Shown: piece by piece, positions 1-10,764 of the stretch
Layout of the letters: each line of letters opens with the position of its first letter
How positions within the stretch are numbered: the stretch's first letter is position 1
Source: a virus
Taxonomy: Duplodnaviria > Caudoviricetes
Strand: one strand, 5' to 3'
DNA length: 64,000 nucleotides
Virus record (IMG/VR): IMGVR_UViG_3300014205_000011
Span: 24,246-88,245 of that record
Notes under the pieces: generated by a model
What the model was told of the DNA's origin: nothing
Seen by the model: the letters and a program-made list of their open reading frames with translations, nothing else
Database searches by the model: none
Translations under genes and position numbers: made by a program

Positions 1-10
1 TAGACAAGGT

Positions 11-3000
11 ATGATGACACCTGAGTTAGAGCAAAACATAGAAGCTATGGAAAAAGGTGAACTTACACCTGAATCTGCTAAGTTATTGTTTGCTCCTGTA
101 AAAGGTACTAATATAGGTTACAGATTAATTAATGGTAAACGAGTACCTGTAGTAGTTAAATACTCTTTAGTTCCAATACTACCAAGCTTTACAAAGCTTC
201 CTAAATATAAAAAACTACTTAAATCTATGCAAGAAAAAGGTGTAGACGAACTAGTATTTGAATCAGGCTTTAAGTTAGGACAACAAAAACTAGGCGATTG
301 GAGAGACAGTAAAACTTGGAAATTAATAGAACTTAATAATGATTCGTATAGAATACCTCAAGTAGTACCATATAAAGACTCAGGTACTACACTGTTACCT
401 ACTCAGTCTATGAAAAATATTATAAGTAACATAAACTTAGATGGATTTTATAAAGTAGGAGATGGTGTAATTACTGGTGCTGAAATGATACAGCAATATC
501 AAGAGCTTATAAGCAGTAACCTTGTATATGATGCTAACAAACTTATTAAAAGATTAATGTTAGATAATCCTGGGCCTGAAAGTAACAAAAGATTACAAAG
601 TGTGTTTCTATCAGAAGGAAGAAAGAGAAATAATCTTACACAAAATCAAGAAGATGCTTTAGAAATAGTAGATGGAGATTTTAGAGTACCTATGTCTATG
701 CCTTGGTTAAGTTCACAAAGGCAAAACATGTATTTTAGTTTATTTAATAAAAAAGTTGCTACTAGAAAAGTACCTGGTTTTTCTGCTGTAAACGTGAGTG
801 ATTTTGCTACTACTTACTCTAAAGGTAAAGAATTGAAGTTCTATAACGTAATCTATGACAATCCCACAGAAGATCAAGAGTTTACTATAGAAGCAGCAGA
901 AGTAATGGTAAGCCAAGACTATTTTAGAAATGTTATTAACAAAAGGTACAAAGATTACAATCTTGAAGGAGATTTAACACTTGATAAAATACCAGAAGAC
1001 CTTAGATACTTTATAGCTAATAGGATACCTAACCAGGGTAAAAACTCTATGATTATGTGTAAAATAGTAGGATTTTTACCTAAAGAAGCTGCTAGCCAAA
1101 TAATGTTACCTAAAGAAGGTACTACACAAGGAGGATATGACTTTGACATTGATAAATCTTTTATACTTACTAAAAACTTTTATATAGAAGAAGGCGTAAT
1201 TAAAGTAAATAAATATTTTAGTAACGAAGAAGATACAAATAAAAGATATGCTGAATATATATTAGAGAATAATAAAGCTATACAAGTTAGAGAATTGCTT
1301 AGAGAGTTTCATGAAGACATAGCTTATAATGAAGATGTAGTGTTTAAGCTTGATAATGCTTTAGAAGATAAGGTTAACAATGTATTAGGCATAGATAGAA
1401 AAAGTATTACAGATGAAGAATACTATGACATCATACTAGATTACTATTCTATGGAAGAGTTAAGCTTGGAAGAGTTTAGTAAACTAAATATAATTGAACA
1501 AAACACTAAAGCAGCTAGAGAAAACAGAATAATAGATACTTACATAGGTATACTATCTAGTTCTCATAATTTCTATGAATCTATATACCCTAATAATGTA
1601 GATACACTATTAGAAATTAGAAGAGAAATCAAAAGAATAACTAAACCAGCAGTAGAAAGTAAGAACTTTATAACTCTGCAATACCAAAATAACTCTAGAG
1701 AACTTAACCAAGCAGGTAAACAACTTGTAGGTGTACACTCTAATGCTGCTGTAGCTAGGGCTTATTTACAACTTAGTAACTATGTATCACCTACTTCAGT
1801 AGTGTTTGACAATAAGGTACTAAATGAAATGGGTAACAAGGTAGATTACTCTGGTAACTTGATTAGTAACAACCACTTAGAGTTACAAAATGCTTCAGTG
1901 GATAATGCTAAAGAACCTATACTAGGTGACTTGAATGATAACATGCTTACTGCTAATGTATGGAATTACCTTACAGATTTAGGTGTACCACTTAGAACTG
2001 TAGCTATGTTTATGCAACAGCCTATTATGTTGGAGCTTACAAGAGAGTGGAATAACTTTGGTAGAACTAGAAATGATGTAGTAAAAGCTTATAACAAGTT
2101 AAATGATGAATATGGTATTAAAATTAAACAAAAAATACCTAAATTAGAATCAGTTGATACTAATACACTTACAGATAATCTTATTAAAAATGAAGATCCT
2201 AACCATCTTATATATCAAATGCAAATACTTGATAAGTTCATGGAATATTACAATGATAGTGCTGAACATGCTAAATTCATTAATGCTATGAGAGCTGATT
2301 CAGTTAGAACATTACCTTCAGTAATAGGTAACAGGTTCTTCATGGATAACTATGATAAATATATGACTGATGAAGTAGAGTTAGCATTGCCTATGATGAC
2401 AGAATTTGCTGAACAAGCTGTTAATAGACCATTAAAACTATCTAGAAATTTGTTTGTATGGGATTCTCCTGTACTTAACAATCTTAAAGAAGTATTTACT
2501 GAAACTCAATCAGATTTTATAACTGAAGATTTAGCTACACAGCTATATGAAGATTATATAAGTTACTTGTATACACTACCTCAATCACCCCTATTCTCAC
2601 AAGTAGAAAGGTTAAATGAGTATCTGTATACTAGACCTATAGCTAATAGAGTACTAAGGATACAACAAAGGGAAAGACAGTACTTTATGGAAGATAGTAA
2701 CTATGTTATGAATCCTTTCATAATGGCATTATCTATACAAAATGTTGAAACTAAAACACCTACAGGTAAAGAATTAGATTATCAACTAGTAGTACTTGAA
2801 GATATGTCTGCTTCTAGGTCTGACTTACAAAAGTCTGAAATACAAGATGGTTGGTTAGAAATGTACCAAGATGAAAAGTCTAGAGACCTAGCTATAGATT
2901 TATTTACTTATTCTTTTTTTATAAATGGTTTTAATAGAGGAAGTAATACCCTAGTAGATTATATACCAGTAGCACTAATGGAAGACCTTGGTATACTTAA

Positions 3001-3514
3001 GTACTGGAAAAACATAGAAGACTCTGTTAAAGCAGGTGATAAAATGGGTATAGACCCCACTGAATTTATAGAAAAGTTTGTAAGAAATATTAAGAACCAA
3101 GGTCTTAGTCCAAGTAAGAAGATTAAGAAAGATGGTAACAAGATACTTAATGGTGTAGTACTTGACTTACATACTATTAAAGTATCAGATGAGTTTACTA
3201 TAGGTTCTGGTCTAACTAAGAGTTACCCTATGATAATTAGTATGTCTGATAAAGGTAGTACTAAAATGTTCAAACTAAGTAAAGTAGAGAACAGCAAGAA
3301 TGCCATATATAAGGAAATCAATGCTTTAGGTACTAAGATACTAAGAGAGTATAGCCAAGATCCACAAGTAGAATCTATATTTAAAGATAATAATAGAACT
3401 AAAGAGATAGTTGAGTTACCTTTGGATACTACTGTACCTGAGATAGAAGTTGAAAACATAGAGCCTAACATTTCAGATGAAGAAGCTCAGAATAGACTGG
3501 AGGAATGCAAATGA
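11..3514 (+). CDS. Virion-packaged crAss-type RNA polymerase, C-terminal part (probably 5'-truncated by the window)
   Basis: 1167 aa; catalytic GGYDFDIDK (crAss DFDID variant) preceded by RIPNQGKNS; the frame is open back to the window edge. Confidence 0.9.
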   Translation: MMTPELEQNIEAMEKGELTPESAKLLFAPVKGTNIGYRLINGKRVPVVVKYSLVPILPSFTKLPKYKKLLKSMQEKGVDELVFESGFKLGQQKLGDWRDSKTWKLIELNNDSYRIPQVVPYKDSGTTLLPTQSMKNIISNINLDGFYKVGDGVITGAEMIQQYQELISSNLVYDANKLIKRLMLDNPGPESNKRLQSVFLSEGRKRNNLTQNQEDALEIVDGDFRVPMSMPWLSSQRQNMYFSLFNKKVATRKVPGFSAVNVSDFATTYSKGKELKFYNVIYDNPTEDQEFTIEAAEVMVSQDYFRNVINKRYKDYNLEGDLTLDKIPEDLRYFIANRIPNQGKNSMIMCKIVGFLPKEAASQIMLPKEGTTQGGYDFDIDKSFILTKNFYIEEGVIKVNKYFSNEEDTNKRYAEYILENNKAIQVRELLREFHEDIAYNEDVVFKLDNALEDKVNNVLGIDRKSITDEEYYDIILDYYSMEELSLEEFSKLNIIEQNTKAARENRIIDTYIGILSSSHNFYESIYPNNVDTLLEIRREIKRITKPAVESKNFITLQYQNNSRELNQAGKQLVGVHSNAAVARAYLQLSNYVSPTSVVFDNKVLNEMGNKVDYSGNLISNNHLELQNASVDNAKEPILGDLNDNMLTANVWNYLTDLGVPLRTVAMFMQQPIMLELTREWNNFGRTRNDVVKAYNKLNDEYGIKIKQKIPKLESVDTNTLTDNLIKNEDPNHLIYQMQILDKFMEYYNDSAEHAKFINAMRADSVRTLPSVIGNRFFMDNYDKYMTDEVELALPMMTEFAEQAVNRPLKLSRNLFVWDSPVLNNLKEVFTETQSDFITEDLATQLYEDYISYLYTLPQSPLFSQVERLNEYLYTRPIANRVLRIQQRERQYFMEDSNYVMNPFIMALSIQNVETKTPTGKELDYQLVVLEDMSASRSDLQKSEIQDGWLEMYQDEKSRDLAIDLFTYSFFINGFNRGSNTLVDYIPVALMEDLGILKYWKNIEDSVKAGDKMGIDPTEFIEKFVRNIKNQGLSPSKKIKKDGNKILNGVVLDLHTIKVSDEFTIGSGLTKSYPMIISMSDKGSTKMFKLSKVENSKNAIYKEINALGTKILREYSQDPQVESIFKDNNRTKEIVELPLDTTVPEIEVENIEPNISDEEAQNRLEECK

Positions 3515-6500
3515 AATGCCCTGTAAAAAATAGTGATTGGATAAGACTAGTAGAAGAAGTAGGTGAACTAAATGCTTACAAATACTTCATGCTTAATAAT
3601 GAAGAAACACCTACTAAAGAGCAGGTGGATAAGATTATAGAAAATAGGCAACCTAGTATAGCTAAGTTACTTAAGTATTATAATGCTGATACTGCTGGCT
3701 TCTTACCTAAACAAGTGATTGTGGAAAAAGTTAAGCAAGACATTAAGAATAAAAACTTAGATGTAGAACTTAAACAAGCAAGTAATGGCAGATATTATTT
3801 AGCTAAAAATGGTAGAAAAGTTACTTTTTATGACCTTGATGGAGATTCTAGTAAAGATGAACAACTTAGTCAAAAGTTACAAGATATACTTACTAACATA
3901 GGTATTAAAATAGAAGCTTATGACTCCCTTATAAATAGGTTAGGTGTTGATGCAGCAGGTGCAGCAGATATAATGAATAACATTATTTACATTGCTAACA
4001 ACAAAGCTAGTGAAACTACATTACCAGAAGAAGTAAGTCACTTTTTTATAAGAGGATTAGGGTTAGATAATCCTTTAGTTAAAAGACTTATGGATAATAT
4101 AGATCAACATCCTATATATCAACAAGTACTAAATGATTATACTGATTTAAATTATACACAAGAAGAACTTAAAGAAGAAGCAGTAGGTAAACTACTAGGT
4201 AAATACATAGTCCAAGAACATAAAAGTACTAAAGGTGGTGTAAGTATATGGGAAAAGTTTAAAGGTACTATGAATCTTTTATTGGATAAAGTATACAACC
4301 TATTTAAAAAGATTACTAATCAAGAAATGTATGCTACTGTAGAACAAGTATATGGTAAGTTTGCTAAGGATATACTTAAAGGTGACATAATAGTTAAGGA
4401 TAACAATGATGGTTTCTTTTATCAAATGAGTAGAACTATTTTATCACAACAACAAATGGTAGAAGATAAACTTAAAGCTATTGAAGCTAGGATAAAAGAT
4501 TATAAAGCTAGAGAAGGTGAATATGGTGGAGCAAAAGAAAAGATTGAAAAGTTTATAAAAGACACAGAGAAAGCTACAAATGAAATTAAAGAACTTAATG
4601 AAGTTAATCATGAAGCAGCATATTTAAAGCTCTTAGAACTTGTTAATGAAGCTATAAAAGACACTAAAGAAAGAATAACTACTGGTGAACTTACTGAATT
4701 AGGATTATCTAGGGCAATCAATTACATGATAAGTTACAAGAACATTAACCTTGTAGACACAACTAATGAAGTGATAAAAAAAAGTGCCAATGAACTAGAA
4801 GGTCAAAGGCTAAGGCTGCAAACTGAACTAGAAGAATTAGCTAAGGTAAAGCTAGGTAAAATAGCATTAGAAGAAACTAGTTCAAATAGAACTGTAGATA
4901 AACTGCTTACACCTACTTCAGATTTATCTTGGGATCAACAAAATTTAGGGGCTATGGCTAATGCTGATGATAGTATATTAGCTATATTAGACAAAAAATA
5001 CAAGAGAGAAGTAGAAGATAAAGTATTTGAAAAAATGTTAATCTTTGATGAAAAACTTGCTGAATTACTTGATAAGGTAAACAAAGAAGATCTTAAATTG
5101 TTTATAGACACTCAAGATGGTGTAAACAGGATAACAAGTAAATGGGATGCTAGTTATTACAAGGCTAAGAAGCAGTTTATAGAAAGCATAGACAACCTAC
5201 CTCATGACATAAGGATACTTGAATGGAGAAAATGGTTTAATGAGAACCATACAGTAAGAGATGCTAATGGTAAATCACATCCTAAAGATAGATGGATAAG
5301 TGATAAATGGAAAAGAATACAAGTAGATCCTAATATTAAGGCTCTGTATGACTTTGTAATGAGTAATAAGATATTCTCTGATAGGTTAATGGGATTAGAG
5401 GTATATACTAATAGTGAGTATAGGCTACCTCAGTTTCATAAGACACTTGTAGAACAAATAGCTAGTCAAGGTAAATGGGAATTTTTAAAAGGTAAAACTA
5501 AAAAGTTACTTACTAGTTTAGAATATACTAAAGATAAAAATATATACACAGATGAAACAGATAAGCCTATTAGTTTCCTTAAGAAGCCAGGTACTTATAA
5601 GTTAGAGGATCCCAGTACAGATATTGTAAATGTGCTTAAAGCTTATGTATACTCCGCTGAAATGTACAGAGCTAAAAGAGACATACAAGGATTAGTAGAG
5701 CTTACTAAAACATATGTAGCACTTAGAAAAGTACCTGTAGTTAATAGAAAAGGTGCTGTACTTAACCAAGATGGTACACCTATTACTATGGAAGGGTTAT
5801 CTACCAGGGCTTATAAAAGGGTAGAGGATTGGATAGAAATGATATACTTTGGTAATAATCAAAAAGATCAAGGTAGCTTTAACATATTTGGTAAACAAGT
5901 AGATAAGCAAAAGGTAGCTAGGGCATTAGGTAAATATAATTCTGTAACAGCTTTAGCACTTAACTTATTTTCTGCTACATCTAACATTATATATGGTGGT
6001 GTTATGCAAGTTATGGAAGCTGTTGGTGGGGAATATTATACAGGTAAAGATTATGCATGGGCTACTAAAACATATGCTACTCAAGCTTTATCACCTAAAC
6101 TTAGAGAGCTTGTAAAATACTTTAAAGTAGTACAAGATACTAGTGAATATGGTGAAAAACATAATTGGATAAGTAAATTAATGTTTGGTGGTCAAACTAT
6201 AGGTGAAGATATGCTTCAAGTAAGAATGTTTTTAGCTATGGCTCACAATTACAAAGTAGAGTTGAATGGTGAGAAGATTAATCTATGGGATGCTTTTGAA
6301 TATGATGGTAAACTTAAATTAAAAGAAGGTATGGAGTTAACTAACCAAGATATTAGTGATTTTAGAGGTAAGGTAAGAGCAGTAAACCAAAAGTTACATG
6401 GTAGATATGATACATTAGATCAAGCTGCTTTACAACAATATTGGTGGGGATATTTAGCTTTACAATTTAGAAAGTGGATGCATCCTGGATTTGAAGCTAG

Positions 6501-7062
6501 ATTTAGAAGCCAATACTATGATGAAAGACTTAACCAATATGTAAAAGGTAGATACCTTACTTATGTAGACTTTTTTAAAGCTATTAAAGAACTTAAAGGT
6601 GTAGTACTAGCTTGGAATAGTCTAGATGCACATGGTAAAGCTAATATGAGAAGGAATATAATGGGTCTATTCTATACTGTTGGTACATTCCTGCTGCTTA
6701 GTTTGTTTAGAAGTATGGCAGATGATGATGATGAATTAGATAATAGTAAAGGATTTAATTTCTTTTTGTATCAAATAGATAGGTTCCAATCTGAAATGAA
6801 GTTTTACAATGTAGGTATACTTACTGGAGACTTAACTAAATTATTAAGGTCTCCAGCAGCAGCTATCACTACATTAGAAAATGTAGGTAGGATTTTTAAA
6901 GATGCTATAACTTATGATTTCTTGGATGAAGAAGAAAACCTAGTTAGAGGTGAAGACTATACTAAGCTTAACAGAGACTTTGAAAAGCTTATACCTATTT
7001 TAAAAGAAGCTAAAAGATGGAAAAATGTAGAAGATCAAAGTCAATATTTTAAGACTTTCTAG
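3505..7062 (+). CDS. Large virion ejection (cargo) protein with a zincin-like segment
   Basis: 1185 aa, helical, directly after the RNAP; TLPEEVSHFFI (EExxH); typical crAss position. Confidence 0.7.
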   Translation: MQMKCPVKNSDWIRLVEEVGELNAYKYFMLNNEETPTKEQVDKIIENRQPSIAKLLKYYNADTAGFLPKQVIVEKVKQDIKNKNLDVELKQASNGRYYLAKNGRKVTFYDLDGDSSKDEQLSQKLQDILTNIGIKIEAYDSLINRLGVDAAGAADIMNNIIYIANNKASETTLPEEVSHFFIRGLGLDNPLVKRLMDNIDQHPIYQQVLNDYTDLNYTQEELKEEAVGKLLGKYIVQEHKSTKGGVSIWEKFKGTMNLLLDKVYNLFKKITNQEMYATVEQVYGKFAKDILKGDIIVKDNNDGFFYQMSRTILSQQQMVEDKLKAIEARIKDYKAREGEYGGAKEKIEKFIKDTEKATNEIKELNEVNHEAAYLKLLELVNEAIKDTKERITTGELTELGLSRAINYMISYKNINLVDTTNEVIKKSANELEGQRLRLQTELEELAKVKLGKIALEETSSNRTVDKLLTPTSDLSWDQQNLGAMANADDSILAILDKKYKREVEDKVFEKMLIFDEKLAELLDKVNKEDLKLFIDTQDGVNRITSKWDASYYKAKKQFIESIDNLPHDIRILEWRKWFNENHTVRDANGKSHPKDRWISDKWKRIQVDPNIKALYDFVMSNKIFSDRLMGLEVYTNSEYRLPQFHKTLVEQIASQGKWEFLKGKTKKLLTSLEYTKDKNIYTDETDKPISFLKKPGTYKLEDPSTDIVNVLKAYVYSAEMYRAKRDIQGLVELTKTYVALRKVPVVNRKGAVLNQDGTPITMEGLSTRAYKRVEDWIEMIYFGNNQKDQGSFNIFGKQVDKQKVARALGKYNSVTALALNLFSATSNIIYGGVMQVMEAVGGEYYTGKDYAWATKTYATQALSPKLRELVKYFKVVQDTSEYGEKHNWISKLMFGGQTIGEDMLQVRMFLAMAHNYKVELNGEKINLWDAFEYDGKLKLKEGMELTNQDISDFRGKVRAVNQKLHGRYDTLDQAALQQYWWGYLALQFRKWMHPGFEARFRSQYYDERLNQYVKGRYLTYVDFFKAIKELKGVVLAWNSLDAHGKANMRRNIMGLFYTVGTFLLLSLFRSMADDDDELDNSKGFNFFLYQIDRFQSEMKFYNVGILTGDLTKLLRSPAAAITTLENVGRIFKDAITYDFLDEEENLVRGEDYTKLNRDFEKLIPILKEAKRWKNVEDQSQYFKTF

Positions 7063-7282
7063 TATAATTTAATTCTGGATGGTTATATTTAATATTAACC
7101 CCATATATTACATAATAGCTATTTATAATGTTATAAGGAACATTAGGTAATATAATATCTGCTAACTTAGCCCCTACAAGCAATTTACTTATTACAAATG
7201 GTATATATAAATTATGTATTCTATGTGAAGTAGGTATTACCTGTCTTCTTTTTAGTTCATCATATAATTGCTGATTTGTCAT
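7049..7282 (-). CDS. LFxP-motif microprotein
   Basis: 77 aa; LYDELKRRQVI and HNLYIP. Confidence 0.7.
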   Translation of the reverse strand: MTNQQLYDELKRRQVIPTSHRIHNLYIPFVISKLLVGAKLADIILPNVPYNIINSYYVIYGVNIKYNHPELNYTRKS

Positions 7283-7493
7283 ATTCTAAATTTGGTGGTA
7301 CATTAGTAATATCTATGAACATTGTACCTGTAAGAAAAAGTTTAGATCCACGACTAACCCAATAGTCATTACTAAGTTGTGTATTTTTTAATGCTAAACA
7401 TACTTTATTAGGTATAAACAAAGAATTTATAAAGACTGTATACTCTATAATACTTCTTTGTATTAGTGCATTATATAATTCTGTGTTTGTCAT
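7260..7493 (-). CDS. LFxP-motif microprotein
   Basis: 77 aa; LYNALIQRSII and NSLFIP. Confidence 0.7.
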   Translation of the reverse strand: MTNTELYNALIQRSIIEYTVFINSLFIPNKVCLALKNTQLSNDYWVSRGSKLFLTGTMFIDITNVPPNLEYDKSAII

Positions 7494-7696
7494 ATTGCTG
7501 GTTTAATACTTAAAAACATTCTTTTTTTTTTATAACCATAATAGACTGTTCCAGAAAAACATATTGCTGGATAATAAGGAACAGCTATCCCGTTTAAAGA
7601 AATAACAACAGCATTAGGCAAAAAAATATTTTTTAGTCTCCAACTAGAAGGAGAAGAAATAATATCTTTTGTTCTTAACTTTTCATATATTGTCAT
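7490..7696 (-). CDS. LFxP-motif microprotein
   Basis: 68 aa; KNIFLP; ATGA-type overlap. Confidence 0.7.
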   Translation of the reverse strand: MTIYEKLRTKDIISSPSSWRLKNIFLPNAVVISLNGIAVPYYPAICFSGTVYYGYKKKRMFLSIKPAI

Positions 7697-8121
7697 AAGT
7701 CTATATCTATTCTGTAATGTGAATCAAAAGAAGTTATTGAAGCTATGTGTTTATATTTATCAACTATTTCTAAAGGTATACAAGATATTTCACTTACCCC
7801 TAATTGTAACTTGTGTGTAGGATTGTTTGCTAAATGTATGTCAGTATACAACTTAGCTTTAGGAGAAGACATGTCTAATATTTCTTTCATGATGTTTTCA
7901 AAACTTGTACAACCTTTACTATACATAGACTCAAGTATAAATAAATTACTATCAGGTTTAGTACTATCTTTTTGAATTACATTACCTTTTTTATACCTGT
8001 TTTCATATTCTCTAAAATCTATACCGTCTTTAAGATTCTTCTCCCATTGATACTGAAATACATATGATGTCCTATTAAGTATCTGTAATACTTTTGTAAT
8101 ATTCTCTAAGTCTTTTTTCAT
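7693..8121 (-). CDS. Hypothetical protein (partial SNLFIL motif)
   Basis: 142 aa ORF in tandem array. Confidence 0.55.
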   Translation of the reverse strand: MKKDLENITKVLQILNRTSYVFQYQWEKNLKDGIDFREYENRYKKGNVIQKDSTKPDSNLFILESMYSKGCTSFENIMKEILDMSSPKAKLYTDIHLANNPTHKLQLGVSEISCIPLEIVDKYKHIASITSFDSHYRIDIDL

Positions 8122-8344
8122 GTATAATGAAATTATGATGTTCTAATCCTAAACTATTAGGAGATATAAAAGGATAAACATTTTTTGATGGGTATAAAGT
8201 TTTAATGTGAATTTCTGCTAATTTTATTATAGTTGTAGGAAAAAATCCTTGTGGATAACAGTTACTACCATCTTTATATATAAACACATACCCCATTTGT
8301 CTTTCTATAATGTTCCTTATTAATGTTATTTTATATTCTTCCAT
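8075..8344 (-). CDS. Probable LFxP-motif microprotein (divergent)
   Basis: 89 aa; IIERQMG and QGFFPTT. Confidence 0.55.
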   Translation of the reverse strand: MEEYKITLIRNIIERQMGYVFIYKDGSNCYPQGFFPTTIIKLAEIHIKTLYPSKNVYPFISPNSLGLEHHNFIIHEKRLREYYKSITDT

Positions 8345-8541
8345 GTATTTAAATTATAAGCAGTTTTTGAGGTTTTATGTTTAAAACTATTTCTAAACAT
8401 AAAAGCTTTAAACTGTAAATTATACCCTTCTTTTATCAATACTAGTTTAGGAAAGAATAAGTTAGACACATCATCCCATTCATAAAAAGGAACTCTTTCT
8501 AATAGTTTCCTATTGTTTAAGTTAGTTAAAGTTGTTTCCAT
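8326..8541 (-). CDS. LFxP-motif microprotein
   Basis: 71 aa; SNLFFP. Confidence 0.7.
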   Translation of the reverse strand: METTLTNLNNRKLLERVPFYEWDDVSNLFFPKLVLIKEGYNLQFKAFMFRNSFKHKTSKTAYNLNTWKNIK

Positions 8542-8771
8542 CCTCGTTTTGATTTTTTAGTATAAACATGTAATGTATCATAACCTTTAGTACACAATTC
8601 AACTCCATATGTATTTTCTTGAGGATATATCCATATTTTATTATATTCTTCAGGTCTTATTGATGCAGGCAAAAACAGTTCTGATATTCTAAACCAATTT
8701 TGATTCGTATACCAAAAGTTTACAATTGTTTTATTAATTAATACTTGTTTTATATTGTTATTTTTATACAT
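8526..8771 (-). CDS. LFxP-motif microprotein
   Basis: 81 aa; SELFLPAS. Confidence 0.7.
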   Translation of the reverse strand: MYKNNNIKQVLINKTIVNFWYTNQNWFRISELFLPASIRPEEYNKIWIYPQENTYGVELCTKGYDTLHVYTKKSKRGWKQL

Positions 8772-8986
8772 CCTCCACCACTTATTGAATTAGGAAACAT
8801 AATTAAATTAGGATAATCATAAGTATAAAATTCTATTGTTTTAAGAGTAAAACCTTTACCCATCCATACATAACAATATTCTTTAGGAACAATGTATTTT
8901 GGTATAAATAAATTTACAGTTGTGCCCCAATTTAATTTTATATTAGTGTTCCATAATATGTTTTTATTTTTTAAAATTGTCTTCAT
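8750..8986 (-). CDS. LFxP-motif microprotein
   Basis: 78 aa; VNLFIP. Confidence 0.7.
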   Translation of the reverse strand: MKTILKNKNILWNTNIKLNWGTTVNLFIPKYIVPKEYCYVWMGKGFTLKTIEFYTYDYPNLIMFPNSISGGGCIKITI

Positions 8987-8998
8987 AGTTTATAAATT

Positions 8999-9030
8999 AA
9001 AAAAGGGAGTAGCTTTTATACTACTCCCTT
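8999..9030 (-). terminator. Intrinsic terminator-like hairpin
   Basis: AAGGGAGTAG/CTACTCCCTT 10-bp stem followed by a T run on the - strand. Confidence 0.75.
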
Positions 9031-9051
9031 ACAAACACACAATTATCAACA

Positions 9052-9372
9052 CTAGTCTCTTACTGGCATGTTACTGCGTAACCAAGGATTATAAGCTTGT
9101 TGTATTGATTTAACAATAACAACATCTTTAGGTACTACATGAGTCCAATGCTCATGATGAGTAACTACACCTTCTTCAGTAAGGCTGAATTTGTCAGGAC
9201 TTACATCATCACCTCGGTAATCTTTAAGGTCATCTGCATAATCTATTACAGCACCTTTGGTTTGAAGCAAATGGTGGTGACCAGTTACTTCTCCATGTTG
9301 AAGGATAACACCTTCTGTGTAGCCTTTAATGGCTACTTCCGAATTCAATTGTTTTAAATCTACTCTTTCCAT
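9052..9372 (-). CDS. Small conserved protein with HGEVTGHHH motif (partner of the DUF6745-like gene)
   Basis: ILQHGEVTGHHHLL, VTHHEHWTHVVP. Confidence 0.6.
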   Translation of the reverse strand: MERVDLKQLNSEVAIKGYTEGVILQHGEVTGHHHLLQTKGAVIDYADDLKDYRGDDVSPDKFSLTEEGVVTHHEHWTHVVPKDVVIVKSIQQAYNPWLRSNMPVRD

Positions 9373-9389
9373 TTTGTTTTTGTTTACTA

Positions 9390-9397
9390 CAAATTTA
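9390..9397 (-). promoter_or_regulatory. Bacteroidota sigma-A -7 element (TAnnTTTG)
   Basis: TAAATTTG 17 nt upstream of the 9372 start. Confidence 0.5.
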
Positions 9398-9405
9398 CTA
9401 CTTTA

Positions 9406-10329
9406 TTAACTTTCACTCACTATCATAGTGAGATATTGTTCTCTTGTTAAGCCTTTGCTTACTTTTAATGGGTGACCTTTATACTCTTCTTTGAGTATAC
9501 CTAAGTTAACATCTCCTTGACGTTGTATATATTCATACACTTCATCTATTTCAATAGATTCATGAGGTACGAGCATTTTAATATTACTAGCTATTGCAGC
9601 TATAGGATCAGTCATGAATTCTAAAGTCTCATTGTTAGAACCTTTTTTAGTAGTAATATCTACATAAAGAAAGTACATCCTGTCTGTACTTGTATCTTTA
9701 CATTTGATAATACCAAATACAGAGTCTCCTGATGGTGTAGATATAGTATGTTTATACAAGGTATATGTATCAGGAAATTCTACTTCTTCTTCTGATATAC
9801 CATCTTCTGTTACAGTCCACCTTTTATGTTTTTTCATAACAGTTTCTTCACCTATTATTTCAAGGTTAAGACCTACTACTATTTCTTCAGGTGTAAAGCC
9901 TCTAAAAGCTATTGCTTTTTGTTCTTCATTTTCTAGTGCTATGCACTCTTTTAATGTTATTGCTTTAAGATCACTTGTGTTAGAATCAGAATACATGTCT
10001 GCTATAACAGCATCTATATCTAATTTTACATTTTTCCCTTGTTCCTTATAGTCAACATTTACTAACCAAGGTAGGTTATCTTTAATATGCCCACCAAATG
10101 TAGTGCCATTACCTATAGCCCAAGGATCTTCAGCTCTATATAATTGAGCTGCTATTCTGAAACCTACAAGCATGTCAAATGCTGTGTCTTCTATACAGAA
10201 CTTATTTTGTACTGTTTCTTGTTTAGCATAGTTTTCAAGCTCTTTAAGCCATTCTGATGCTGTGTTTATTACCCTATCTTCAGGTAAAAACACTAAATAA
10301 TCTTTGTTTTCTTCTAGTGTTGCCTCCAT
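9406..10329 (-). CDS. DUF6745-like protein
   Basis: ECIALENEEQKAIAF and IKCKDTSTDRMYFLYVD...DPIAAIA pattern. Confidence 0.55.
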   Translation of the reverse strand: MEATLEENKDYLVFLPEDRVINTASEWLKELENYAKQETVQNKFCIEDTAFDMLVGFRIAAQLYRAEDPWAIGNGTTFGGHIKDNLPWLVNVDYKEQGKNVKLDIDAVIADMYSDSNTSDLKAITLKECIALENEEQKAIAFRGFTPEEIVVGLNLEIIGEETVMKKHKRWTVTEDGISEEEVEFPDTYTLYKHTISTPSGDSVFGIIKCKDTSTDRMYFLYVDITTKKGSNNETLEFMTDPIAAIASNIKMLVPHESIEIDEVYEYIQRQGDVNLGILKEEYKGHPLKVSKGLTREQYLTMIVSES

Positions 10330-10562
10330 TATATGTTTATTGTGATATTTTTAAAATTATGTTCTACTATTGTTACTACTAAGCCATTACCTGTGTCACC
10401 ACTAGTATAAGGCTTTATCTGAGTATCTTCCACTACCCATATCTGAGATAATGGATATGAAAGGGCTTTACGTAATTGATGTGGTGTATCATGTATAATA
10501 GTTACATCATCTATACCTGTTAATATAGGTTTGTATTGTTCTTTAAACTTCTCTATGTTCAT
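10329..10562 (-). CDS. Hypothetical protein
   Basis: 77 aa, abuts neighbours. Confidence 0.55.
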   Translation of the reverse strand: MNIEKFKEQYKPILTGIDDVTIIHDTPHQLRKALSYPLSQIWVVEDTQIKPYTSGDTGNGLVVTIVEHNFKNITINI

Positions 10563-10764
10563 ACTTAGTGTCTATTATTAGTTTAGCTAAAGTAAAAGGT
10601 AAAAACATTTCAAAATCTCCACACCATAATATTCTTGTTCCTTTATATAAAAATCTATTAGTAAGATCTCTTTCAATAAAAACACTATTAACATTTATAG
10701 AATAATGTTCAGTATTACTTCTAGTTCTTTTATATAATTCTGCTACTTTATCTTTGTCTGTCAT
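10543..10764 (-). CDS. LFxP-motif microprotein
   Basis: 73 aa; EMFLPFTLAKL. Confidence 0.7.
   Translation of the reverse strand: MTDKDKVAELYKRTRSNTEHYSINVNSVFIERDLTNRFLYKGTRILWCGDFEMFLPFTLAKLIIDTKYEHREV

Noticed and set aside
8250-8258. Perfect DnaA box (TGTGGATAA)
   Set aside because: A single copy inside coding sequence, compatible with chance
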